A stretch of DNA of 64,000 nt from Vicinamibacteria bacterium (GCA_963743245.1 CAVUPP010000002.1:32513-96512), one strand, 5' to 3'; shown: positions 33,925-43,725, numbered from the stretch's first letter. Notes: generated from the letters alone by a model not told the origin. Numbers and translations are program-made.

Positions 33925-34665
33925 ATGGAGGCGGTGTTGCCCGCGCTCGTCGCTGACGAACGGTACGAGCAGCGGCGCGACGGAGTCAGGGCCAGCCCCG
34001 ACGCCCAGAGGACGCTGACGTCGGAATTCGGATGGCTGTCAGTTGCCGAGCTCGGCGAAACGATCGGCGTCCGAGACGTCAGGACCGTCGATGGCGAGCC
34101 TGTCTCGACCAATGAGGTTCGCCTCCACGATCTGCTTGCTGGCCGAAGCTCGAACGCGGCCGCCGATCTTCGTATGCTCCTCACCGCAAGTGCCCGGCAC
34201 AACCTGGGCGAGGTGGAGCGCAACTTCAATTTCCCGACGTTTCCGCTCATCTACCTGCGGCCCGACAACCGCAGCCGCTCGAAGTGGAGCGTGACATCCC
34301 TCGACGCCAGCCATGTGAACATCCGGTTCGAAGAGCGGCACCATCCAACACTCGTACGATCACAGCAGTCGGCCGACGTGCCGGCAATCGGATCCTGCCG
34401 CCTCGAACGTCACACGTTCGTGCTCGAACAGTGCGCGGTGACTCTCACCGAGGACCACGCGCGCGGGCTCGATCGCACCCTGACGTATTCCATGGTCGTT
34501 GATTTCGCCGAAGATGCCCGCCTCGCGGTCCGTGTGCCCCTCGAGATGCGTGACGACCTGGTGGTCCGGCTCCGTCGGAGCAAGACGGATCAGCGTATCG
34601 TCGGGATTGCCACGTACCGGAACTACCGCCGGTTCGAAACCAGCGGACGGCTCGTCCGGCCATAG
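33925..34665 (+). CDS. Hypothetical protein (probably secreted; true start possibly ATG 33783 with a frame change)
   Basis: 246-aa ORF of normal composition on the strand opposite to its neighbours. Upstream, ATG 33783 (MDVTTAGRSRRIA...) joins a hydrophobic stretch in the gene's frame (LVCVACAVCALAWAPPAATS) if one c of cc at 33822/33823 is removed. That would give a classic signal peptide. No family recognised. Confidence 0.5.
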   Translation: MEAVLPALVADERYEQRRDGVRASPDAQRTLTSEFGWLSVAELGETIGVRDVRTVDGEPVSTNEVRLHDLLAGRSSNAAADLRMLLTASARHNLGEVERNFNFPTFPLIYLRPDNRSRSKWSVTSLDASHVNIRFEERHHPTLVRSQQSADVPAIGSCRLERHTFVLEQCAVTLTEDHARGLDRTLTYSMVVDFAEDARLAVRVPLEMRDDLVVRLRRSKTDQRIVGIATYRNYRRFETSGRLVRP

Positions 34666-34675
34666 CCACGCCGAT

Positions 34676-35560
34676 TCACTGACCGAGTTCGTCGAGCACC
34701 CGCTCATCTTCGCGCCAGTCGCCACGCACCTTCACTCGCAGGTCGAGGTAGACCCGCGTGTTGAAGAACCGCTCGAGCTCGAGCCGCGCACCCGTGCCAA
34801 TCCGCTTCACCATCTCGCCGCCGCGCCCGACCACGATCGGCTTCTGTGACTCGCGTTCGACCAGGATCGAGCAATACAGGCGCATCAGGCCCGACTCGTC
34901 GGGCTCGTCGAACTTGTCCACCATGACGGCCGTCGTGTACGGCAACTCGTCGCGCGTGTGCTGCAACACCTGCTCTCGCACCAGTTCGGCCACGAAGAAG
35001 CGCTCCGGTTTGTCGGTCAGGTAGTCCTCCGGATACTGCGGATCGCCTTCCGGCAGATGGTCCAGCAGCGCCTGTTCGAGCCGGTCGACGTTCTCGCCCG
35101 TGTGTGCCGAGACGGGCACGATCTCGGTGAAGGCGAATTCCTTGTGCCACATGTCGATCATTGGCAGCAGCCGCGGGCGAGCCACGAGATCGACTTTGTT
35201 GAGGACGAGGACGATCGGACGGTCGGCACGCCTCGTCATATCGAGCGCGAACATGTCGCCTCGTCCTGTCTTCTCGGTGACGTCCATGACCAGGCCGATG
35301 ACGTCGACGTCACGCATGGCGTCGCGCGCCGCGTCGAGCATGCGCACGTTCATCCGGTGCTGCGGCCGGTGGATGCCAGGCGTGTCGAGGTACACGACCT
35401 GACCACGGCCCTCGTACGTTCTCACGCCGAGTATCCGGTTGCGTGTGGTCTGCGGCTTGTCCGACACGATGGCGATCTTGGTCCCCACCAGCCGGTTCAT
35501 GAGGGTGGACTTGCCGGCGTTCGGCCGTCCCACGAGCGACACGTAGCCAAAGCGAGGCAT
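34676..35560 (-). CDS. era: GTPase Era
   Basis: Start MPRFGYVSLVGRPNAGKST (G1). Also DTPG (G3), NKVD (G4) and a C-terminal KH domain (VERESQKPIVVGRGGEMVKRIG). Confidence 0.95.
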   Translation of the reverse strand: MPRFGYVSLVGRPNAGKSTLMNRLVGTKIAIVSDKPQTTRNRILGVRTYEGRGQVVYLDTPGIHRPQHRMNVRMLDAARDAMRDVDVIGLVMDVTEKTGRGDMFALDMTRRADRPIVLVLNKVDLVARPRLLPMIDMWHKEFAFTEIVPVSAHTGENVDRLEQALLDHLPEGDPQYPEDYLTDKPERFFVAELVREQVLQHTRDELPYTTAVMVDKFDEPDESGLMRLYCSILVERESQKPIVVGRGGEMVKRIGTGARLELERFFNTRVYLDLRVKVRGDWREDERVLDELGQ

Positions 35561-35582
35561 CTTCAGAATCTCGCGGGTACTG

Positions 35583-36876
35583 TCAGGTGCGGGCCGGCGT
35601 GGGCGTCGCCGCGGGCTCTTCGGGCTCGTGCTCGACCCGACGCACTCGAACTCGTGTGACCCGACGGCGTTCGGCTTCGAGCACCTCGATGTGCAGGCCG
35701 TCGAACTCGAAGACCTCGCCCACAAGCGGCACGCGACCTACTCGCGTCAGGAGGTACCCCCCGACGGTTTCGAATCCTTCGGGCTCGATGCCGAGTCCAA
35801 GCCGATCGATGAACTCGTGAAAGTCTACCTTCCCGGTAAACTGCAGCGAGCCGTTGCCCTCGTCCACGACGGGCTCTGTCTCGACGTCATACTCGTCCCG
35901 GATCTCGCCGACGATCTCCTCGAGCAGGTCCTCGATCGTCACGAGGCCAGCCGTGCCCCCGTACTCGTCCACGACGATGGCCGACTGCACCTGCTGGCGC
36001 TGGAACTCCTTCAGCAGGTCGGCGACTCGTTTTGTCTCCGGCACGAAATGGGCGGGGCGCAGCAGCCGGGGAATCACGTGGTCATCCGGCCCGACGTCGG
36101 TGAGCCGGATCAAATCCTTCGACGTAGATGAATCCGAGCAGGTGGTCGAGACTGTCCTCGTAGACCGGTACGCGCGAGTACTCCTGCTCCGCCAGCAGGG
36201 TCCGGACTTCTCTCAACGTTGCGTCCGCCCGAATGGCGACAATGTCGGGGCGCGGCGTCATGACCTCGCGCACGAGCGTATCGCCGAAGTCCACGATCGA
36301 CTGGAGCAGGGCGCGCTCCTCGCGCTCGATGAGACCCTCGTGTTCACCGGCTTCGAGGAAGGTGTGCGCCACCTCGTCGTCGGCCTCCTCCGTCTGCGCG
36401 TTCCCCGTCGCCGACGCGGTGCTGACACGCTCGCGCCGCAACGTCGCGATGATGCCGACGAGTGTTCCCGTGATCGGCAGGAGCACCTGCGCGATCAGGT
36501 CGAACGAGGGCAGCAGGATCATCAGGATCCGTTCGGGATCGCGCCTGACGATGAGCAGCGGGAAGAGATGTTCGAAAAGCGTGACGAAGATCGCCATCGA
36601 CAGAACGATCGTGCCGAGTCCTTCGATGCGCTCTACCCCCAGCAGGCCCGCCCAGAAGACCGTTGCGACGGTGACAATCAATCCGACTAGGAGCCGCGCG
36701 GGTACGAACAGCAGCACGGGGTCGTCGAGGTACGGACCTAGCCGCCCTGCCCTTCCCGTTCGCTCCGCAGTCAGCCGGAGCGACAGACGCATCAGCGCGC
36801 TGAACGCGGCCTCTATGGTGCCGACGTAGACCGTCGCGAGCGCGAGGAAACACAGCACCAGCACCGACAACGTCAT
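35583..36876 (-). pseudogene. Hemolysin-C/CorC-family protein (DUF21-CBS pair-CorC_HlyC), one +1 frame change
   Basis: From MTLSVLVLCFLALATVY (DUF21 TM domain) through the CBS region ...[20 protein letters not shown] in the frame of ORF 36082..37275. It continues as [14 protein letters not shown]...[29 protein letters not shown]...CorC_HlyC domain in the frame of ORF 35583..36113. The extra base is most likely one c of cc at 36117/36118. Confidence 0.82.
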
Positions 36877-37367
36877 CGGCGGCTCTCCCGCTCGATGAGG
36901 CCGGTGTCGAGCCCCCCGGCATGTCGCAGGCGGCGTTCCATCCGCTCCATCCGTCCCGCATCCTGCTCGTGGTCGTATCCCATCAGGTGCAGCAGGCCAT
37001 GCAGCGCGAGCACACGCCACTCCGTCGTCTCCGCATGCCCAGCCGTTCGCGCCTGACGACGCGCCACGCCGCGTGCGATGACGACGTCTCCTAAATGGGT
37101 GCGGGGCTGCGCGGTGCGAGAGTGCGAAGGTGCCGGGCCTGCTGGGAACGACAGGACGTCGGTGGCGCGGTCGACGCCGCGGTACAATCGGTTGAGCAGC
37201 CGGCTCGCCTGGTCGCTCACGATCGCGATGGTGAGCGTACCGGCGGCGCGCCCGGGAGCGAGCCGCTCGAGCCACTGGGCCAGGCCGCGCGCGGGCAGAG
37301 CGCGCCCGGCACCGTCCACGACGTGGACTAGCAGATGCCGGCGCGACACAGAGCCGTCAGCGCGCAT
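36873..37367 (-). CDS. ybeY: rRNA maturation endoribonuclease YbeY
   Basis: 164 aa with the zinc-binding motif HGLLHLMGYDH. Sits in the canonical phoH-ybeY-corC context and overlaps the next gene by 4 nt. Confidence 0.9.
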   Translation of the reverse strand: MRADGSVSRRHLLVHVVDGAGRALPARGLAQWLERLAPGRAAGTLTIAIVSDQASRLLNRLYRGVDRATDVLSFPAGPAPSHSRTAQPRTHLGDVVIARGVARRQARTAGHAETTEWRVLALHGLLHLMGYDHEQDAGRMERMERRLRHAGGLDTGLIERESRR

Positions 37368-37371
37368 GACC

Positions 37372-38334
37372 TCAGCCGCGTGATCCGACGTTCGTCTGCC
37401 CGAAGGCCTCGTACGCCTTCACGATCTGCTGCACCAAGCGGTGCCGGACGACGTCCCGGTCGTCGAAATAGATGAAGGAAATCCCCTCGACCTGCGACAC
37501 GACTTTGAGCGCTTCGACCAGCCCCGACGGACGGCCCGACGGCAGATCGATCTGGGTGATGTCGCCGGTGACCACCGCCTTGGATCCGAAGCCCAGGCGC
37601 GTGAGGAACATTTTCATCTGTTCGGAGGTCGTGTTCTGCGCCTCGTCGAGGATGACGAACGAGTCGTTGAGTGTCCGTCCCCGCATGAACGCCAGCGGTG
37701 CGATCTCGACGGTCCCGCGCTCGAGCAGACGCTCGACCCGTTCGGCGTCCATCATGTCGTAGAGGGCGTCGTACAGCGGCCGCAGGTAGGGATTCACCTT
37801 CTCTTGGAGATCGCCGGGCAGGAAGCCGAGCTTCTCGCCCGCCTCGACCGCCGGCCGCGCCAGGATGATCCGGCTGACTTTTTTCGCAAGCAGGAACGAG
37901 ATGGCTTGCGCCATCGCCAGGTACGTCTTGCCCGTACCGGCGGGCCCCACCCCAAACACGATGTCGTGCTGATCGATCGCGTCGAGATATCGGCGCTGAT
38001 TGACGCTCTTTGGAGCGATCTGCCGGCGCCCTGCCGACTTCACGCTCGCCTTCACCAGATAGTCACGGAGTTCGACGTGCTGGTCCTGAGCCACGAGCTG
38101 CGCGGCGGTCTTCACGTCGCCATTCGACAACCGGTAGCCCTCCTGCACGAGCGCCGCGAGTTCAGTGAGGGTGCGCTCGGTCTTCTGGACGGCAGCGGGC
38201 TCGCCATCCACGGTGACTTCATTGCCCTGCGTGCGGATGCGAACGCCGAATAGCGCCTCGAGCTGTTTGAGGTTTTCGTCGTACGCGCCGAACAGGGTCT
38301 CGAGGCCTTCCTCGGGGACTGCGATTTTCTTCAT
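37372..38334 (-). CDS. phoH: PhoH-family ATPase
   Basis: 320 aa. Walker [12 protein letters not shown] and Walker [10 protein letters not shown], with the conserved PhoH C-terminal region. Confidence 0.92.
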   Translation of the reverse strand: MKKIAVPEEGLETLFGAYDENLKQLEALFGVRIRTQGNEVTVDGEPAAVQKTERTLTELAALVQEGYRLSNGDVKTAAQLVAQDQHVELRDYLVKASVKSAGRRQIAPKSVNQRRYLDAIDQHDIVFGVGPAGTGKTYLAMAQAISFLLAKKVSRIILARPAVEAGEKLGFLPGDLQEKVNPYLRPLYDALYDMMDAERVERLLERGTVEIAPLAFMRGRTLNDSFVILDEAQNTTSEQMKMFLTRLGFGSKAVVTGDITQIDLPSGRPSGLVEALKVVSQVEGISFIYFDDRDVVRHRLVQQIVKAYEAFGQTNVGSRG

Positions 38335-38440
38335 CGGCTGGCGTTAAAGCGCCACGTAACTCCCTGGCAATACAACGACTTAGCGAGCGATTCTATCATA
38401 CGCTCGCCGGCACGGGGCATGGGGCCCGAGAGCGCGAGCG

Positions 38441-38474
38441 GCCCAAACGCCCAAAGCCCAACGCCTAGAGCCGT
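38441..38474. repeat. Heptanucleotide array (about 5 units, mainly one arm)
   Basis: Units gcccaaac gcccaaa gcccaac gcctaga gccgttt, immediately after the aspS stop. Contains a 19-mer shared with 47021-47039. Confidence 0.65.
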
Positions 38475-40253
38475 TTAGGCTTTCGTCGTCGTCGCGATCT
38501 TGAGCTTGAGCTCCCTGAGCTGTTTCTCATCCACGCCCGATGGTGCACCCGACATCAGGTCGACGGCCGTCGCGGTTTTCGGGAAGGCGATGACCTCTCG
38601 AATGGAGCTCTCGCCTGCCAGAATCGCGACGATCCGGTCGAGGCCGAGCGCGATCCCGCCATGCGGCGGAGTCCCGTACTGCAGGGCTTCGACAAAGAAG
38701 CCGAATCGCAGCCGGGCATCTTCGTCGCTGATGTTGAGCAGCTGGAAGATGCGGCTCTGCACGGCCGAGTCGTGGATACGGATGCTGCCGCCGCCAATCT
38801 CGCTGCCGTTGAGCACCAGGTCGTAGGCCTTTGCCCGGACGCGGCCCGGGTCGCTATCGAGCCGTCCAAAGTCCTCGTCGAGCGGCGACGTGAACGGATG
38901 GTGCATCGATACCCAGCGCTTGTCGTCCGCGTCCCAATCGAGCAGAGGGAAATCCACGACCCAGGCGAACTCGTAACGATTCGCGGGGATCAGGTTCTCC
39001 TTCTTCGCCAGCGAGAGCCGGAAGGCGCCCAGCAGCTTCGAGGCAGAATCGGGCTCCCCACCCGCAAGCAGGATCAGATCCTCTTGCGCACAACCCGCGG
39101 CATCCATCGATGCGATCAGCGTGGACTCGCCTGCTGCCTTGACGTTCGTATTGAGCGCTCCGCCTTCGCCGCGGCGCGCCCAGAGAATCCCCACGGCTCC
39201 GAGCTGTTTGGCCTGCTCGACCAGCGCGTCGAGCTCGGATCGCGAGTACTTCGCGGCGCCGGGAACGACGAGCGCGCGGACGACGCCACCCTTGGCGACG
39301 ATCTCGCGGAAGGCGTTGAAGGCCGCCTCCTTCCAGACGTGCGAGACGTCCGCGATCTCGAGGCCGAAGCGGAGGTCTGGCTTATCGGATCCGTACTTCG
39401 CCAGGGCTTCCGCATACGGCAGCTTGCGGAACGGCGTCGGGACGTCGACGCCGATCTCGCGCAAGATGATCTGAATCAGCGGCTCGATGGTCGAGAAGAT
39501 CGACTCCGGCCGCGCGAACGCCATCTCCACATCGATCTGCGTGAACTCAGGCTGGCGGTCGGCGCGCAGGTCTTCGTCGCGGAAGCATTTGACGATCTGG
39601 AAGTAGCGGTCCATCCCGCCGATCATCAGGATCTGCTTGAAGATCTGGGGCGATTGCGGCAGCGCATAGAACTCGCCGGCGTGGACGCGGCTCGGCACCA
39701 GGTAATCGCGCGCGCCTTCCGGCGTGGACTTCGTCAGGATGGGCGTCTCGATTTCCCAGAAGCCCTCGCGGTCGAAGTACTGTCGGACGGCCATCGTGAC
39801 GCGGTGCCGCAGGCCCATGTTGTATTGCAGTCGCGGTCGCCGCAGGTCCAGATACCGGTACCGCAGCCGTACGTCTTCAGATACCGTCGAATCGTCGGCG
39901 ACAGAGAACGGCGGCGTCTTGGCTTCGTTGAGGATCCGGATTTCGTCTGCCGCGACTTCGACGGTCCCCGTCGGCAGCTTCGGGTTCACGGTGTCGGCGG
40001 ACCGTTGACGCACCGTCCCGACCACGCCCACCACATATTCGGACCGCAGCCGCTTCGCGAGGCCGAGCAGCGGTTCAGTGCCAATCACGACCTGCGTGAT
40101 GCCCTCGCGATCGCGGACGTCGATGAACAACACGCCGCCGAGGTCGCGGACGCGATGCACCCATCCGAGCAGCGTGGCACGGGCGCCGACATCGTTGTCG
40201 CGGAGCGCGCCACAGGTGTGGGTGCGAGAGAGAGAACCGAGTTGGTCAGCCAC
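38475..40253 (-). CDS. aspS: Aspartate--tRNA ligase
   Basis: 592 aa. N-terminal OB anticodon-binding domain (LLGWVHRVRDLGGVLFIDVRDREG) and class II motifs (FRDEDLRADRQPEFTQID; GGSIRIH; PPHGGIALGLDR). Confidence 0.96.
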   Translation of the reverse strand: MADQLGSLSRTHTCGALRDNDVGARATLLGWVHRVRDLGGVLFIDVRDREGITQVVIGTEPLLGLAKRLRSEYVVGVVGTVRQRSADTVNPKLPTGTVEVAADEIRILNEAKTPPFSVADDSTVSEDVRLRYRYLDLRRPRLQYNMGLRHRVTMAVRQYFDREGFWEIETPILTKSTPEGARDYLVPSRVHAGEFYALPQSPQIFKQILMIGGMDRYFQIVKCFRDEDLRADRQPEFTQIDVEMAFARPESIFSTIEPLIQIILREIGVDVPTPFRKLPYAEALAKYGSDKPDLRFGLEIADVSHVWKEAAFNAFREIVAKGGVVRALVVPGAAKYSRSELDALVEQAKQLGAVGILWARRGEGGALNTNVKAAGESTLIASMDAAGCAQEDLILLAGGEPDSASKLLGAFRLSLAKKENLIPANRYEFAWVVDFPLLDWDADDKRWVSMHHPFTSPLDEDFGRLDSDPGRVRAKAYDLVLNGSEIGGGSIRIHDSAVQSRIFQLLNISDEDARLRFGFFVEALQYGTPPHGGIALGLDRIVAILAGESSIREVIAFPKTATAVDLMSGAPSGVDEKQLRELKLKIATTTKA

Positions 40254-40262
40254 AGACGTGAT

Positions 40263-40304
40263 CCTTGCCTGGCCTTAGGCCCTGGGCCCTGGGCCTTGGG
40301 CCAG
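40263..40304. repeat. Heptanucleotide array, quasi-palindromic (6 units), overlapping the hisS 3' end
   Basis: Units ccttgcc tggcctt aggccct gggccct gggcctt gggccag. The gggccc core is self-complementary. The array spans the hisS stop (40275-40277) and most of the 21-nt gap before aspS. Confidence 0.75.
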
Positions 40305-41681
40305 CGCGGTCGCAACCGCGTGGCGAGCGAGAGCACTTTGCTCGCCCGTGTTCATGTTCTTGATCGTGACGTCGCCGCGCGCGGCTTCGTCGTCACCGAC
40401 GACGGCGACAAACGGAATGCCGCGTGACGCGGCGTACTTGAACTGCTTCCCGAGCTTGTCGGGCTCCGGATACACGTCCACACGGAGGCCGCTCCGGCGA
40501 AGATCCGCCGCCAGCGCGAGCGCGTCGGACGTCCGCTCGCGGCTCCAGATCGTCACGAGCACGTCGGCGCCCACGCCTGTGACCGACGCCGGGAACATGC
40601 CGCGTTCGGCCATCACGACGAGGATCCGTTCGAGGCCCAGCGAGAACCCGCAGGCCGGGACCTGCTCGCCAGAGAACATCCCGATCAGGCCATCGTAGCG
40701 GCCCCCGCCGCCGAGACTGCCTGCGAGATCCGGCACGGCAATCTCCATGATGGCGGCGGTGTAGTACGACAAGCCACGTGCCAGGCTCGGGTCGAGCCGA
40801 ACATGCGGCGCAGCGCTCGTGGCGCGCGCCAGCCCCAGCACTTCACGCAGATCGGACAGCGCCTGCCGCGCCGCCATCCGAGTCTCCGCAGCCTGACCGC
40901 TCTCGCTCGTTGCGAGCAATCCGTCCAACGCAGCGAGCTGATGGTCGTTCGCCGCGTGAACGTCGGCGCCGCTCAACCCCGCACTCGCGTTCGCGACGAA
41001 TCCGGCCAGCGACGTCGCAACGGCCGTGTCGAGCCCGCGCGCGATCAGCTCCTGCTCGACACCCTGGCGACCTACCTTGTCGAATTTGTCCACAGCAACG
41101 AGCGCGCTGCCGTGCAACGCCGTCGGGACGCCCACAGCGTCCAGGACGCCCGTCAACACGCGGCGGTCATTCAGCCGAATCGTGAAGTCGTTGAATCCGA
41201 GGTGATGCAGCACATCGCTGACCGCGGCGCACAATTCCGCCTCGACCACGAGGCCTTTGGAGCCGACGACGTCCACGTCGCACTGGTAGAATTCGCGGAA
41301 GCGGCCCTTCTGCGGCCGATCCGCGCGCCAGACCGGCTGTACCTGGTAACGCTTGAAGATCCGGGGCAGCTTGCCGCGATACTCGGCCACCACGCGCGCC
41401 AGCGGTACCGTCAAGTCGTAGCGAAGCGCGAGGTCGGCGTCTCCGGTCTGGCGCCCTTCCTCGCCGCGTTTGAGAATCTTGAAGATCAGGCGATCCCCTT
41501 CTTCGCCGTACTTGCCCATCAGCGTTTCGATGTTCTCGACGGCTGGAGTTTCGAGCGGTTCGAACCCATACCGTCGGTAGACATCTCCGACGACACCGAT
41601 GACGTACTCCCGCCGGCGCACGTCCTCGGGCAGGAAATCGCGCATCCCGCGCGCCGGCTGCGTGTTGGTTTGCGGAGCCAT
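40275..41681 (-). CDS. hisS: Histidine--tRNA ligase
   Basis: 468 aa. ARGMRDFLP motif and class II core (FKRYQVQPVWRADRPQKGRFREFYQCD; GGGRYDGL), plus an anticodon-binding domain. The last ~9 codons lie inside a heptamer array. Confidence 0.95.
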   Translation of the reverse strand: MAPQTNTQPARGMRDFLPEDVRRREYVIGVVGDVYRRYGFEPLETPAVENIETLMGKYGEEGDRLIFKILKRGEEGRQTGDADLALRYDLTVPLARVVAEYRGKLPRIFKRYQVQPVWRADRPQKGRFREFYQCDVDVVGSKGLVVEAELCAAVSDVLHHLGFNDFTIRLNDRRVLTGVLDAVGVPTALHGSALVAVDKFDKVGRQGVEQELIARGLDTAVATSLAGFVANASAGLSGADVHAANDHQLAALDGLLATSESGQAAETRMAARQALSDLREVLGLARATSAAPHVRLDPSLARGLSYYTAAIMEIAVPDLAGSLGGGGRYDGLIGMFSGEQVPACGFSLGLERILVVMAERGMFPASVTGVGADVLVTIWSRERTSDALALAADLRRSGLRVDVYPEPDKLGKQFKYAASRGIPFVAVVGDDEAARGDVTIKNMNTGEQSALARHAVATALAQGPGPRA

Positions 41682-41687
41682 GCCTTG

Positions 41688-42197
41688 CTAGAACAGGTAC
41701 TCGAGCCGGTACCGCACGTACGCCTCGGCGCTCTTCAGGATCGACGCGACTTCCTCGTCGGTCAGCGGACGCTTCACCCGTGCCGGACTGCCCATCACGA
41801 GCGACCGTGGTGGAATGGTGACGCGCTCGGGCACGAGGGTCCCCGCCGCCACGATCGACTCGCTGCCGATGTGGCACCCGTTCAGGAGGATCGCGCCCAT
41901 GCCGATGAGGCAACGGTCCTCGACCGTGCATCCGTGCAGAATGACGCCGTGTCCCACCGTCACCTGATCGCCGACGATCGTCGGATGTGAGGGCGAGTGG
42001 TTCACATGTACGATGGTGCCGTCCTGAATGCTGGTCTGGCGCCCGATGCGAATGGAGTTCACATCGGCGCGGATGACCGCGTTCATCCAGACGCTGCTCT
42101 CCGCACCGATGACGACGTCGCCGATGACCTGCGCCGAGTCGTCCACGAAGGTCGATGAATCCACCTGCGGGTGTGTGGCCTTGTAAGAGCGAATCAT
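41688..42197 (-). CDS. Gamma-carbonic-anhydrase-like / hexapeptide-repeat (LbH) protein
   Basis: 169 aa. Left-handed beta-helix hexapeptide repeats and conserved His positions (IHVNHSPSHPTIVGDQVTVGHGVILHGCTV). Confidence 0.85.
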   Translation of the reverse strand: MIRSYKATHPQVDSSTFVDDSAQVIGDVVIGAESSVWMNAVIRADVNSIRIGRQTSIQDGTIVHVNHSPSHPTIVGDQVTVGHGVILHGCTVEDRCLIGMGAILLNGCHIGSESIVAAGTLVPERVTIPPRSLVMGSPARVKRPLTDEEVASILKSAEAYVRYRLEYLF

Positions 42198-42202
42198 GAG
42201 AT

Positions 42203-42328
42203 CGGTCTTCGGTCTCCGGTCTGCAGTCTACGGTCTGCAGTCTACAGTCTGCAGTCTACGGGTACTTCGGAGCACAGCTCGGATCCGCATTCGCGCAGAC
42301 CGTAAACCGTAGACCGCAGACCGGAGAC
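42203..42328. repeat. Heptanucleotide array hairpin (18 in-phase units; largest in window)
   Basis: Left arm: cggtctt cggtctc cggtctg cagtcta cggtctg cagtcta cagtctg cagtcta cgggtac. Four loop units follow. Right arm: cgcagac cgtaaac cgtagac cgcagac cggagac. Lies between the dcd stop and the gamma-CA start. Confidence 0.9.
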
Positions 42329-42336
42329 TGACACGG

Positions 42337-42891
42337 CTAGATCTTCGGCAACGTCACTCCGCGCTGTGCCTGGTACTTTCCGGCCTTGTCGCGATACGAC
42401 ACCTGGCACGCCTCGTCGCTCTGGAAGAACAGCACCTGCGCGATGCCTTCGTTCGCGTAGATCTTTGCCGGCAGCGGCGTCGTGTTCGAGATTTCGATGG
42501 TGACGTGGCCCTCCCACTCGGGCTCGAACGGCGTAACGTTCACGATGATCCCGCAACGCGCGTACGTGCTCTTGCCAAGGCACACCGTGAGCACGTCCCG
42601 CGGAATCCGGAAGTACTCGATCGTCCGCGCGAGCGCGAACGAGTTGGGTGGAATGATGCAGACGTCTGCCTTGATGTCCACGAACGACTTGGGGTCGAAG
42701 CCTTTGGGATCCACGACGGTGTTGTAGACGTTCGTGAAGACCTTGAATTCGTCCGCCACGCGCACGTCGTAGCCGTACGACGACAGCCCGTACGACACCA
42801 CGCCGACACGCACCTGCCGATCCTCGAACGGCTCGATCATGGCGTGCTCGAGGGCCATCTGCTTGATCCAACGGTCGGGTCGAATGCTCAT
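42337..42891 (-). CDS. dcd: dCTP deaminase
   Basis: 184 aa. Conserved Dcd sequence (SYGYDVRV...[18 protein letters not shown]...[31 protein letters not shown]). Confidence 0.93.
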   Translation of the reverse strand: MSIRPDRWIKQMALEHAMIEPFEDRQVRVGVVSYGLSSYGYDVRVADEFKVFTNVYNTVVDPKGFDPKSFVDIKADVCIIPPNSFALARTIEYFRIPRDVLTVCLGKSTYARCGIIVNVTPFEPEWEGHVTIEISNTTPLPAKIYANEGIAQVLFFQSDEACQVSYRDKAGKYQAQRGVTLPKI

Positions 42892-42928
42892 CGGTCGTGG
42901 AGGTGGCCGCTACGCGCGGCGTGGACGG

Positions 42929-43123
42929 CTACCGGCGCCAGAACGACAGCAGCAGGGTGAAGAGCAGACTGATCAGAATCGACGTGGTGATCGGCGCGTA
43001 GAACGTGAACGATCCCCGTCGCATGACTACGTCTCCCGGCAGCCGGCCGAGGGGAACGCCCAGCGTGATGAGCACGCCGAGACCGGCCATCACCAGACCG
43101 ATCGCGATGAGCAGCTTGCCCAT
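42929..43123 (-). CDS. DUF2905-family small membrane protein
   Basis: 64 aa with two TM helices and the LGRLPGDV motif characteristic of DUF2905. Confidence 0.7.
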   Translation of the reverse strand: MGKLLIAIGLVMAGLGVLITLGVPLGRLPGDVVMRRGSFTFYAPITTSILISLLFTLLLSFWRR

Positions 43124-43138
43124 GACCTCGGCGACCGC

Positions 43139-43552
43139 TCACACCAGGTCGATGCCGGGAAAGAAGTAGCCGAGCTCGAACGCCGCCGTCTCCGGCGCAT
43201 CCGAGCCGTGCGTGGCGTTCCGTTCGATGGAGGCCCCAAAATCCTTCCGGATGGTGCCGGCCTCGGCCTTCTCCGGATTCGTGGCTCCCATCAGGTTCCG
43301 CCACTTCTTGATGGCGTCCGGGGCTTGGAGCGCCATGACCACGGCCGGACCGGACGACATGAAATCGGCCAACTGCCCAAAGAACGGCTTGTCTCGATGA
43401 ACCGCGTAGAAACCCTCGGCTTCGCTACGAGTTAGGTGAACCAGCCGCAGGGCGCGAATCCCGAATCCCGCCTGCTCGATCCGCGAAATGATGGCGCCGG
43501 TGTGACGCGCCGCAAAGGCGTCCGGCTTGACGATCGCGAGTGTACGCTCCAT
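43139..43552 (-). CDS. ndk: Nucleoside-diphosphate kinase
   Basis: Start MERTLAIVKPDA. Active-site region NATHGSD. 137 aa. Confidence 0.95.
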   Translation of the reverse strand: MERTLAIVKPDAFAARHTGAIISRIEQAGFGIRALRLVHLTRSEAEGFYAVHRDKPFFGQLADFMSSGPAVVMALQAPDAIKKWRNLMGATNPEKAEAGTIRKDFGASIERNATHGSDAPETAAFELGYFFPGIDLV

Positions 43553-43595
43553 AAGAGGCCGAATTATATCAGGCAGCCCGACGGGAAGCCTTCGA

Positions 43596-43701
43596 TGTCG
43601 TATTCGGCTTCGCGATTCGTATTCGTTCCGGCGACGCCGCGCCGCCGCGAATGACGTCGGCCACCGAGCCGTCCCGAAGACGAACACGAACACGAAAACG
43701 A
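43596..43701. repeat. Short-unit (6-7 nt) tandem array hairpin, variant member
   Basis: Left arm is NNttcg units (tattcg gcttcg cgattcg tattcg). Right arm is cgaaNN units (cgaagacgaacacgaacacgaaaacg). Lies between the korB stop and the ndk start. Confidence 0.6.
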
Positions 43702-43725
43702 GTCAGGCGAGGCGTCAGTGTGCGC

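Noticed and set aside
43596-43701. Claim that mismatches in the 43.6-kb element are G-U wobbles only on the mRNA strand, which would be evidence for an RNA-level structure
   Set aside because: Because the arms are tandem repeats, many pairing registers are possible. In some registers the mismatches become A-A or C-containing pairs. I could not establish a unique alignment by eye, so the strand-specific claim is unsupported.
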